Assembly (NCBI GenBank): GCA_030390025.1
Contig: CM059431.1
Coordinates: 131,132,001 to 131,196,000 of the forward strand
DNA: 64,000 bases
Direction: 5' to 3'
Source: Squalus acanthias
Lineage: Eukaryota
In this document: positions 49,792 through 59,828 of the stretch, one piece after another
Numbering within the stretch: position 1 is the first letter of the stretch
How the letters are laid out: every line of letters begins with the position of its first letter
Position numbers and translations under genes: made by a program
The notes under the pieces: generated by a model
The model's input: the letters and a program-made list of their open reading frames with translations, nothing else
Database searches by the model: none
Told to the model about the DNA's origin: nothing

Positions 49792-50756
49792 GTGGCCATT
49801 ATTCATTAGCCCTGATGGTGAGCATCAGAATGCTCTTCCAATATGTCGGGAGTCGGGGAGAGGTGGGAGGGGAGAGGATCTTCACAGCCAAACATATGCT
49901 GTCCTCAGACACTGTCCACATATATGTACTTCTAGCACTGGTTCCTGGGTAGTGATAAGGAATGAGAAACCTGATAACTTTTTTCATCTTTAACTTAAAG
50001 ATGCTGAGATCAATTGTAGCACCCCTATCAGCTGAGATCAGGTAATTCAGCACAACAAGAGATAATTTTGGATCTGACTGCTCTCTATGGCTGTTCCACA
50101 TTGAATAAACTCATCATGGGAGCCTCCAGTTTAACAACTTATTTGTATCCATACTTTACTTGGTATGTTCTCACTAATGTACTTGTATAGGAGTAGCACC
50201 AAACACAGATACAAATAGAAAAAATGGTGTAAACTGCAGGGAAATCCAATCATGAACTAGACACACAGAGACCTTCGGGGAGAAATTCGGTACCTTAGCG
50301 CCTCGAGTTAGCGCCTGGCGGGGGTGCTAACGGTGTGCTGAGGCAGTAGTGCCACGACGAGGCGAATCCAGCAAAGCATGCCAAATCCAGCACCCCTGTA
50401 GCGCTGCCGCTACAAGTTAGCACCGGGGACTTCAGCAGCTGGCAGATCGTGACGTCGGTGAGCGTAACGTTCACTGGGCGCCTGATCTGCAAAATTGATT
50501 ATTGTCCCCTGCCTCAGCACCTCACCCCGACAGCGACAGGGAGAGGAGGCGTGAAGCAGGCGGTAGCCAGACCCTGGGGCGCTACTTAAAGGGATAATGA
50601 GTAATGAGTCGCAGCTCTCAGGTTAGTGCTGTTTCACTGCTTCCTTGTCAGTTTGACATTGTGCAACAGTTTAATTCAGTCATTTAAAGGTTATTTAGTC
50701 TCCGGAGTATTGTGGCTACGAACAATTAGTTACATTTATTCTCACAACATATCAAA

Positions 50757-51923
50757 GTGCTGCACATCGTTACATTAATGGGGGCTGTGCTGGCAGTCGA
50801 CCTCGCCCTCCAGGATCTAGAGCGGAGGGAGTGCAGGCAGCGAGAAAGATTGGAACATGTGGCCAGAGGGAGGAGGAGGGCCATGAGGGCTCTCAACAGG
50901 AGGCCTTACCCTCCGAGGATAATCCAAGAGCACTTCTCCTACCTCCAATTAAGCAAGGAGCAGTGTATTAGAAGGCTCCGCTTCACCAAGGAGGTGGTCA
51001 CAGAACTCTGTCATCTCCTGCAGCCAGACCTCGAGCCTCAGATCAGGACGACCACGGCTCTTTCAGTGGCAGTCAAGGTCACCGTCTCCCTCAATTACTT
51101 CGCCAGTGGATCCTTCCAGTCTGCAACAGGAGATATAGCTAACATCTCGCAGTTCACCGTTCATCGCTGCATCCGGGAAGTCACAGATGCTCTCTACAGT
51201 AGGAGAAGGGATTACATTTCCTTCCCCATCACCAGAGAGAAGCAGGGCGAGCGTGCATGTGTCTTTGCCAGGATAGCGGGCTTCCCCATGGTGCAGGGCG
51301 CCATTGACTGCACCCACGTGGCTTTGCGGGCACCGCATAACAATCCTGAGATCTTCCGTAACCTCAAAGGCTACCACTCACTTAATGTGCAGTTGGTGTA
51401 CGACCATATACAGCGAATTCTTAATGTCAATGCCCACTATCCTGGCAGCAGCACAATGCCTTCATCCTGTGCCAGATCGGTGTGCCAGCACTCTTTGAGC
51501 CATCAAGCTCGCGGCTGGCTGGTCGGGTACAAGGGCTATCCACTCTCCACCTGGCTCATGACTCTCCTCTGCAACCCCAACACTCCTGCCCAGCACTCAT
51601 ATAATGAGAGCCATGCCGCCACCAGGAACATCATCAAGCAGACCATCGATGTGCTCAAGCAACGGTTCCACTGCCTTGACCGCTCGGGAGGAGCCCTCCA
51701 GTACTCGGCTGAGTGGGTGTCCCATTTCGTCATCGTCTGCTGCATGCTCCACAATTTGGCCATCATGAGGGCCCAGCCCTTGCCACCAGGGATTGCGGGA
51801 CCACCTCAAGAGGAGGAAGAGGACGAGGAGGAGGAGGAACAGGAGCGAGGGAGGAGGCAGCCACTTAATCGGCCTTCTGGAAGGGCGGTCCATGATCGCC
51901 TCATCAGACTGCGGTTCCAATAA
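50757..51923 (+). CDS. Harbinger (HARBI1-like) DDE transposase, open but probably inactive
   Basis: RLRFTKE, FASGSFQ, GAIDCTH, KGYHSLNVQLV, CCMLHNLAI; GDKGY is GYKGY, IEQ is IKQ, and a compensated frameshift covers ~51452-51505. Confidence 0.9.
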   Translation: MLHIVTLMGAVLAVDLALQDLERRECRQRERLEHVARGRRRAMRALNRRPYPPRIIQEHFSYLQLSKEQCIRRLRFTKEVVTELCHLLQPDLEPQIRTTTALSVAVKVTVSLNYFASGSFQSATGDIANISQFTVHRCIREVTDALYSRRRDYISFPITREKQGERACVFARIAGFPMVQGAIDCTHVALRAPHNNPEIFRNLKGYHSLNVQLVYDHIQRILNVNAHYPGSSTMPSSCARSVCQHSLSHQARGWLVGYKGYPLSTWLMTLLCNPNTPAQHSYNESHAATRNIIKQTIDVLKQRFHCLDRSGGALQYSAEWVSHFVIVCCMLHNLAIMRAQPLPPGIAGPPQEEEEDEEEEEQERGRRQPLNRPSGRAVHDRLIRLRFQ

Positions 51924-52782
51924 ATTAAACCCCAGATCCACGTTGCTCACCACATCCCTATCATTCCATCCCTGGTGGCAGGCCATTTCACAGCACAAAG
52001 CTGAAATGAGACACACTACAAAATAATCCAAACTGAATTAATAAATTTATCAATAATCAGTTAACACATGTTTACAACAACAATATTAACTATTCACCCT
52101 TATGCAATCCCTTAGTGCCTCTCATTACGGTGCCTTTGCCTACTCTAGTGCTCCTACAAAGTGTTGGCCCAGTGGTTGCAGCAGGGCTGCTGAGTGTCCG
52201 TGCGGGAGACTTCAGATGGCCTTGCAGGACGCCCTCGAGCAGCTCTGGGTCTGGAAGGCCCAGCTGTAGACTGCACCACCTCAGGCTGGGCGGCAGCAGT
52301 CTGGGCTGGCTGGATGACAGGCAGCAACAAGGGCAATGGTGGAGTGCCAGCAGTGGGAGCAGGAATGCTGTCATCCTGAGAGAGAACAGCAGGTTCCTGC
52401 TCCACTGACCCACTGCCACTCCCCCAGGGCAGCACCTCAGCATCCCTAGCAATCTGTTGGAGCACAGATTGCTGGCCTGCTGCGACATCGTGAAAGCCCC
52501 GGTCGACAGTGGTAGACCCAGCCATGATGACAGCAGTCAGAGCTTGCGTGGCATCAAGCTGAGACTGCATGAGAGCAGTCTGAGATTGAATGGTACAACC
52601 ATAGACTGCATTACAGCACTAAGACATTGCGTCACTTCCACCTGTGCTGCAATGGAAGCTGCCAGATCGCCCATGTGGGGTGAGGGGGAAGTGGGATGTG
52701 AGAAGAAGGAGTAGGGATGAACATACCGTTGTTGTCCCCAAGAGGGTCAACGTCGCTGGTGGCCACGGCGCCCACCACCTGG

Positions 52783-55700
52783 TGTAATCCAAACATCTGT
52801 CTGGATACTTTGATTTGTGACACTCGAGTTACAAAATACAAACTGAGTCGACAGCAATAAGATCCATACGATGGTGTTTAATCATGACTTTACCCGTTAA
52901 CAATTACAATGTTTTACTTTCTAAAGCCTAATTGCATTACTTGGATTACGTGTCAGGGAATATACTCATTAGGCTATTGACAATCGCGCTGGGGTTGATC
53001 AGACCACAACCGATCACCATCAGAAAGCTGATCAGGCCTCTGCTCCACGAGACTTGAGCCCAACTGCTGGAATTCCTCTCCTTCTGCTCCTTCCTGTCGA
53101 CCGTAGGGGCTAGCCTCTGGCCGTGCTATTCTTGCTGTCTTATATTGTCCGAATACACAACAACAACTTGTATTTATATAGCGCCTTTAACGAAGTAAAA
53201 CGTCTGCACAGGAGTATTTTAAGACAACAAATTTGACACCGATCCACATAAGGATAAATTAGGGCAGGTGACCAAAAGCTTGGTCAAAGAGGTAGGTTTT
53301 AAGGAGCATCTTAAAGGAGGAAAGAGAGGTAGCGAGGCGGAGAGGTTTAGGCAGGGAATTCCAGAGCTTAGCATCTAGGCAACAGAAGGCCCGGCCACCA
53401 ATGGTTGAGCAATTATAATCAGGGATGCTCATGAAGGCAGAATTAGAGGAATGCAGATATCTCGGGGTTGTGGGGCTGAAGGAGATTACAGAAATAGGGA
53501 GGGGCAAGGCCATGGGAGATTTGCTTAACCGGGAGCCAATGTAGGTCAGCAAGCACAGGGGTGATGGGCGAACGGAACTTGATGCGAGTTAGGACATGGG
53601 CAGCCGAGTTTTGGATGACCTCAAGTTTACGTAGGGTGGAATGTGGGAGGCCAGCCAGGAGTGCATTGGAATAGTCAAGTCTAGAGGTGACAAGGCATGG
53701 ATGAGGGTTTGAGCAGCAGATGAGCTGAGGCAAGGGCGGAGATGGGCGATGTTACGGAGGTGGAAGTAGGCAGTCTTTGTTATGCTGCGGATATGTGGTC
53801 GGAAGCTCATTTCAGGGTCAAATATGACACCAAGGTTGCGAACAGCGTGGTTCAGCCTCAGACAGATGTTAGGGAGAGGGATGGAGTCAGTGGCTAGGGA
53901 ACGAAGTTTGTGGCGGGGACCGAAAACAATGGCTTCGGTCTTCCCAATATTTAATTGAGAAAATTTTTGCTCATCCAGAACTGGATGAAGGGCAAGCAGT
54001 CTGACAATTTAGACACCGTGGGGGGGGGGGGGTTGAGAGAAGAGGTAGTGAAGTAGAGCTGGGTGTCGTCAGCGTACATGTGGAAACTGACGCTGTGTTT
54101 TCGGATGATGTCACCAAGGGGCAACATGTAGATGAGAAATAGGAGGGGGCCAAGGATAGATCCTTGGGGGACACCAGAGGTAACGATGTGGGAGCGGGAA
54201 GAGAAGCTGTTGCAGGTGATTCTCTAGTTACGATTAGATAGATAAGAATGGAACCAGGCGAGTGCAGTCCCACCCAGCTGGATGATGGTGGAGAGGCGTT
54301 GGAGAAGGATGGAGTGGTCAACCATGTCAAAGGCTGCAGACAAGTCAAGAAGGATGAGGAGGGATAGTTTACCTTTGTCACAGTCACAAAGGATGTCATT
54401 TGTGACTTTGATGAGAGCTGTTTCGGTATTGTGACAAGGGCAGAAACCTGATTGGAGAGATTCAAACATGGAATTGCGGGAAAGATGGACACGGATTTGG
54501 GAGGCGACAACACGTTCAAGGACTTTGGAGAGGAAAGGGAGGGTGGAGATGGGGAGGTAGTTTGCAAGGACAGAGGGATCAAGGTTTGTTTTTTTGAGGG
54601 GGGTGATGAGAGCAGATTTGAGGGAGAGGGGGACAGTACTTGAGGAGAGAGAACCGTTAACAATATCAGCTAACATGGGAGCCAGAAAAGGAAGTTGGGT
54701 GGTCAGCAGTTTGGTGGGAATAGGGTCGAGGGAACAGGAGGTGAGTCTCATAGACAAGATAAGTGCAGAGAGATCATAAGGGGAGATCGGAGAGAAACTG
54801 GAGAAAGATGTGAGTTCAGAGCTAGGGCAGGGAGGAACCTTAGAGGAAGTTTGGTCCAGTGGGCTAGGGGAAGGAAGGGAAGCGGCAGAGGCAGCTGAAC
54901 GGATGGTCTCATACTTAGAGACAAAGAAGTCCATGAGCTCCTCACACTTGTTATCGGAGGTGAGGGTGGAGGAGACGGGAGAAGGGTTTAAGAAGACGGT
55001 TAGCAGTAGAGAATAGGAGCCGGGATTTAACTTTGCATTCCAGAATGATTCTGGAATAGTGAGCAATTTAAGCAGACGGGAGCAGGGCCTGATAATGCTT
55101 TATGTGATCCAGCCAGATCTGGCGGTGAATGGCTAAACCAGTTGTCCGCCATATCCGTGCGAGTCTGCATCCCTTGGACTTAAGGGAGCGATGATGAGAG
55201 CCGTACCAGGGGGAACGGCCAGGGTGAGAGAGGGTAATTGTTTTAGTAGGGACTAGGGCATCAAAGGTGATGGTGAGGGTGTGGTTGAACAGATCGGTAG
55301 CTGCAGAAATGTCATGGTGAATGGAGGGCCAGAGGCTGAACAGTTGGGATTTCGTAAGTGCAGTTGTAAGAGAGTTGAGAGAGAGTTTTTTCCAGGGGCA
55401 GACACAGCAGGAAGTAGGGTTGTGGGGGGGTGGGTGGAAGGGGGATGTGGGTGGAGAGCGATACGAGGAAATGGTCAGAGATGGCCTTATCTGCAATTGA
55501 CACAATGGGAGTAGCGAGGCCACGAGAGATGGCAAGATCGAGGGGCTGGCCGTGAATATGGGTTGGGGAGTTTACATGGAGGGAGAGATTAAGGGAGGAT
55601 AGGAGGCTAGTGAACTCAGAGGAGAGAGAGCATGATGAATTGAGATGGAGTTTGAAATCACCGAGGATGAGAAGTCGTTCGGTGCAGAGGCTGAGGGAGG

Positions 55701-56391
55701 AGAACAGTGAAGATATCTCAGTGATAAAATTTTTATGGTACTTGGGTGGGCGGTAGAGAACAAGGATTTTAAATGAGAGGCGAGAGGGGTGGAATAAGGT
55801 GAGATGCTCAAAGGAGGAGAAACCGCCGGGGGAATAGGGGGACAGACCAAGGTGTGATTTGGTGATGAGAGCCACACCGCCACCACGGCAGTCTGAGCGG
55901 GGCAAGCGGTGGAAGGTATAGCCAGGTGGGGAGGCTTTGTTTAAGGGTAAGGTGTCATCACACCTCAGCTAAGTTTCCGTGTTACACCTCCTTGCCCGAT
56001 ACCAGAAGTTTCCTGTGGTTTTGCACTTTGATAGCTCCTTATCGAAAACTGTTGCTGACATGTCCGCAGCTCCTTTGATATGAGGTTTCGTTTACTAATG
56101 CATTTCCTTGCTTCTAATGTCTGTGAGTTTTTCTTTAAAACTGCAAGTCGTTATCTTGTTAGCCAGACATGCCTTCCAAGGTTGAATATACATTCCACTC
56201 AATCCCAGATTTTGTAAGCTGCGATTCTGCAGCTGGGATCTTCAAGTTTATGTTGAAAAGTTTCTCCGAGGGCCTTTTCTTTAATTGCCCACAGCAGGCT
56301 TGGTCAATTTCTGAGTTCAGTTTTAACGAGCTTTAAGCTCCTATTATACTGTCCATCAAAGTCGTTCACTTTGATGTAGATCGATTCTGCA
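52783..56391 (-). repeat. 3' LTR of the provirus (~780 bp once the L2 is removed)
   Basis: Follows the PPT; TATA-like AATATAAG at ~53146-53139; ATTAAA at ~52882-52877; ends TTACA. Confidence 0.85.
53159..55982 (-). mobile_element. L2 LINE (5'-truncated, degenerate ORF2) inserted in the LTR
   Basis: TET.L, LGDF, ISDH, LDPIPT, QSGF, LLDLSAAFD.VDH, GVPQGSILGP, YADD, SRLDYSNALL; GCGCTATATAAATACAAG(TTG)n tail; TACAC TSD. Confidence 0.93.
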
Positions 56392-56457
56392 TCTTCCCCC
56401 TCAAACGCCTGGGGAATCTTGTTGATTCAGGTGCTTCATACGTGAGGCCCACAACCG

Positions 56458-58829
56458 TCAGTGAATGATTATCACTAACCATAATCGTTCCAAAAATTGG
56501 GAACGACACCCTCCCAAATCTGACCACGTAACCATACATATACAGGGCAATAAAGCCCCCTTCCGATGAGTTCTATTACAACAGTTTCTGTTCTTCTTCT
56601 TTAACATTTTGAGCTTGCGTTTAACTTTTCGCCTTTTACAACGATTACAAGATTCAATCAGCAAATACACAACAATGATTAATTGTATAACTACTAAGGC
56701 ATGAGATATTGTCCTGATCCAGGGGTGGATTTCAACATTCATACCCACACTCCACCATGAATTAGTAGTTTTTATGTTGTTAATCTTTTGCCGAGTTTCC
56801 CGATTGTGTTGTTGTAACTGATAATACTGTTTCCTGGATCGTTCAATTTCCGTTCTTAGTTTGGTTTGGTGCTCCGGTAAAGGTGGGATGTCATAACCAA
56901 ATCTAGTAACATACTTATGTAGTTCAGACTTAATTCCTTCTATTACGTTCATTGTGTTGGTATACGTTCACTAACTCTTGCATCCCTATCCTGACTGGTT
57001 TTGTCGGGTTAAAACAAAAACTTGGCCGTTTAATCTGACATGTGGTGTTAGTCCCATATTTGTAGTGTGTCTCACCGGTGGTTACACAATACTCACCCTT
57101 CCCTCAATACGCTATCGTGGTGTGGATAAACTCCACTCCGAATACTTCCATCGTACAATTAATTGTTCCCTTAGTTTTATTTTACCCACATAGTGAATGG
57201 TCATGTTGTTGGATCTCGTAGGGACATACAATCATTTGTCCATGCTTCTTACATCCCTGTAGCTCTGCTCCCACCAGGGTCCCGCTAACATTCACCAGGT
57301 AAGTGTGGTGTTGATCGTATTGCATGTGCATGTCCCCTCGCATAACTCCAATATTTTCTAATCAATAGACCCCGATGGGTTTTCCTCCCTTAGGAATTAC
57401 GGGAAAGTATAATACCAATCCCATCATAGTCAAATTTGATCCTGTTTTACACTCATGTCTCACCGGATAAACTTGTGTTAAACCCCTTAATTCGCACGTG
57501 GTGATATTACTGTGTTACTTAACCAAAGCATTCTTCAAACAATCTCATGTTATCTCCTGCGTGTTCTACCAACCAGGATCCATACATTACACACACATCA
57601 CTTTGTGCCGCTTCATCAGAAGTGTTCTTATCCTCCTTAATCAATAAATTTACTGTTTTTGCATGTTTTTCCAATTGTGTGACTACATCTTGTAGATGTA
57701 TCGTCATAATTTGGTCTTCTCCTAGTTCCTTATCCTGATTAGTATTTGTTTCCTGCAGAATTTTCTTAAGTTGTGCCTTAGTATCCTTAATCTCTTTATC
57801 CAAAGATGCTAAATCTAAACTATTTACAAGTGAAGTTCCCGTATTAAAAACAGTTGCTGCATCATTTATCAAATTATGCTTCCTTCTCCTACCACGAGTT
57901 TCAGTTTCATTCCTCTCCGAACTTTGGTAAATGTGATCCTCATGATGATATCCATAACTGTTACCGTTCCTAGCCCAAAAATCGTCCACAATTTGTTGTA
58001 ACAACCCCCTAAAGAGGGTGGTTTTTGGTTTACACCAATTTGGCAACCCCATGTCAGTTAAATTCAACATTACCGGTACTACCTCGTGATGGACATCATG
58101 GTACAGAATCATATGAGTAGGGATAATAACTAAACCATTCTTAGGTCCGTCGGTGTGGGTGGAGCAAACAATCTGGGTTTCCTGTTGCTTTTCCTGTGTC
58201 TTATTCAAAGGAGATTTGGAGCGAAACTTCAACTCTACCGCATGTATCACTGAATCCCCATTACCGCATCCTCGCACATGGTAGGTATCTACACACCCCA
58301 CTCTACCATAACATCCAGTCCCACTTATGTACCACGGATAAGGATCACTGACATTAGTCATGCCGCATTGCCCTGTATATGTTCCGACATTGTGTTGTGC
58401 ACAGCCATGCACACACCCATAAATTCCCTCATCCATTTCCCACAAATTTTCCCAGCATAACTTGGCATCCTTGCCAGAGCTTCCACTTCTCGACTGGGTC
58501 GGTTTCTTCCACTTTTCATTCTCCCAGGGGTTTCCCACCTGATAGTACCTCCCAGCCTTATTCTCCTCAGCCTTAACAAACCATATTACTGGTGGTCTAG
58601 TTCCACTACCTCCTTCACATTTTACACATATCTTCTTCCCCTCTTGGACCTCGTAAGTGTTGACCCATACCGTCCCCGTGCAATTTGTCTCACACAGGAC
58701 GAGAGTGGCATTGCCCCTAGTTCTGTGACAATGTACTTTCATTTGGAAGATGTCACTTTTAGAGGCTCCTCCGGTGACGACCACCGTTACCAGCCCGATC
58801 GTCACCACCCACGACTGCCATACCCTCAT
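56458..58829 (-). pseudogene. env: Envelope glycoprotein: signal peptide, V-set Ig-like domain, furin-like site, fusion peptide/heptad, Cys-rich region, TM; first 436 codons open, distal part broken
   Basis: ATG at 58829 (MRVWQSWVVTIGLVTVVVTGGAS); RGRRRKH-NLINDAATVFNTGTSLVNSLDLASLDKEI; TM ISHALVVIQLIIVVYLLI then a basic tail; lies directly before PPT and 3' LTR. Confidence 0.85.
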
Positions 58830-58834
58830 CGTGC

Positions 58835-58862
58835 CTGCAAAACAAAACAAAAGATTGGGCAA
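58835..58862 (-). promoter_or_regulatory. env splice acceptor
   Basis: TCTTTTGTTTTGTTTTGCAG|GCACGATG: polypyrimidine tract and CAG, 5 nt before the env ATG. Confidence 0.75.
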
Positions 58863-59828
58863 TTTGATGTAGATCGATTCTACACTGGCACCCAATAATC
58901 TGCAGCACTCTATTTTCCAGCGCAGACAGTGTTTGGGTGTCAGCTTGTCCCCCGCCTGTGCACTCCTGCCCCCTCCTGTTGTGAGCCACCTTGGCCTGCA
59001 AGAGAAAGGAAAATGTGTGAGTGAGTGTGGAGCAATGTGTTTGGGTGAAGTGCCTGCCATAGTTGAATAGCTGTCATTGTGTGCAAGGTGTGAGATGTGG
59101 GTGTAAGTATTGGTAGGTAGAGATCGTTGGTGGGTGAGCGCTGGAGGTGTGGTGCTTTGGCCAGTGTGTGCAGACTATGGTACAGATGGTGGTATGTAGC
59201 ATTTGTTGAGGCATTGACTCACCCTGACCACCCGAGTGAGGTCATTAACTTTCTTCCTGCACTGTGTGTGGGTCCTGGGGACCACAGTGCTGCCTGAGAC
59301 ATGCTGGGCTACCTCCCTCCACATGGCACGGAAGACTTGCGGCGATGGTCTCCTGCCACTTGTTGGGTAGAGCACCGCCCTCCATCTCTCCACAGCGAAC
59401 ACCAACTCCTCCAATGCTTGGTCCTAAAATCTGCGGGCTCTCTCCCTGGGGAGTAGATCTGACATCATGACACCTGCTTGAGTCGTTCGGCACCTTGGGT
59501 TTGGCCTAGCTCCTGCTTGCTAACACAGGTTCACAGTCAGCAATGCTGAGAATGAGGTTCTGCAGCCTGAATGAACCTCCCTTTTAAGAACTGGAAAGAG
59601 CCTGTGGCAATGATGACTTGCAATTAGACTGCACCTGATATTGGTTAGTGCTTCGAGTGTAGCGCCACTGAGCTAGGCCATTAGTGCTTGATTTAGAGCT
59701 CCAATCCTTTCTTTTAGCGATAATAGTTAATTTTGCATGCAGCGTGATTCATTAGCGCCCGGCGCCAAATCTCAAACTTTTCTGAAGTTACCGCCCATTC
59801 CTGGGCTTTAATGAATTTCTCCCCCCTT

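Larger units (their letters stand above)
52783..58884 (-). mobile_element. Defective endogenous retrovirus-like provirus: 22 bp of 5' LTR, env, PPT, 3' LTR; gag-pol absent
   Basis: Minus strand TGTAG...TTACA with CCAG TSD on both sides; 58863-58884 duplicates 56370-56391; PPT GAGGGGGAAGA at 56402-56392. Confidence 0.9.
52090..59470 (-). pseudogene. Harbinger Myb/SANT (MSANTD-like) gene: exon 1 ends 59223, exon 2 58995-58885 plus 52778-52727, C-terminal part ~52620-52090
   Basis: WREVAQHVSGSTVVPRTHTQCRKKVNDLTRVVR|GTGAGT; CAG|AKVAHNRR..TGGG..LSALENRVLQIIGCQ continues as VVGAVATSDVDP after the provirus. Confidence 0.85.
50276..59825. mobile_element. Full-length PIF/Harbinger transposon (9550 bp including nested provirus)
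   Basis: Perfect 12-bp TIR GGGGAGAAATTC (50277-50288) / GAATTTCTCCCC (59813-59824); CTT 3-bp TSD at 50273-50275 and 59826-59828; transposase and convergent Myb/SANT gene. Confidence 0.9.

Noticed and set aside
50757..51923. Domesticated host HARBI1 gene
   Set aside because: It lies between TIRs with a TSD, has several degenerate relatives in the window and lacks conserved acidic residues.
58830..59060. First 77 codons of the 513-aa ORF as part of Env
   Set aside because: They cross Harbinger intron and exon, the TSD, the LTR stub and the splice acceptor; the signal peptide begins at ATG 58829.
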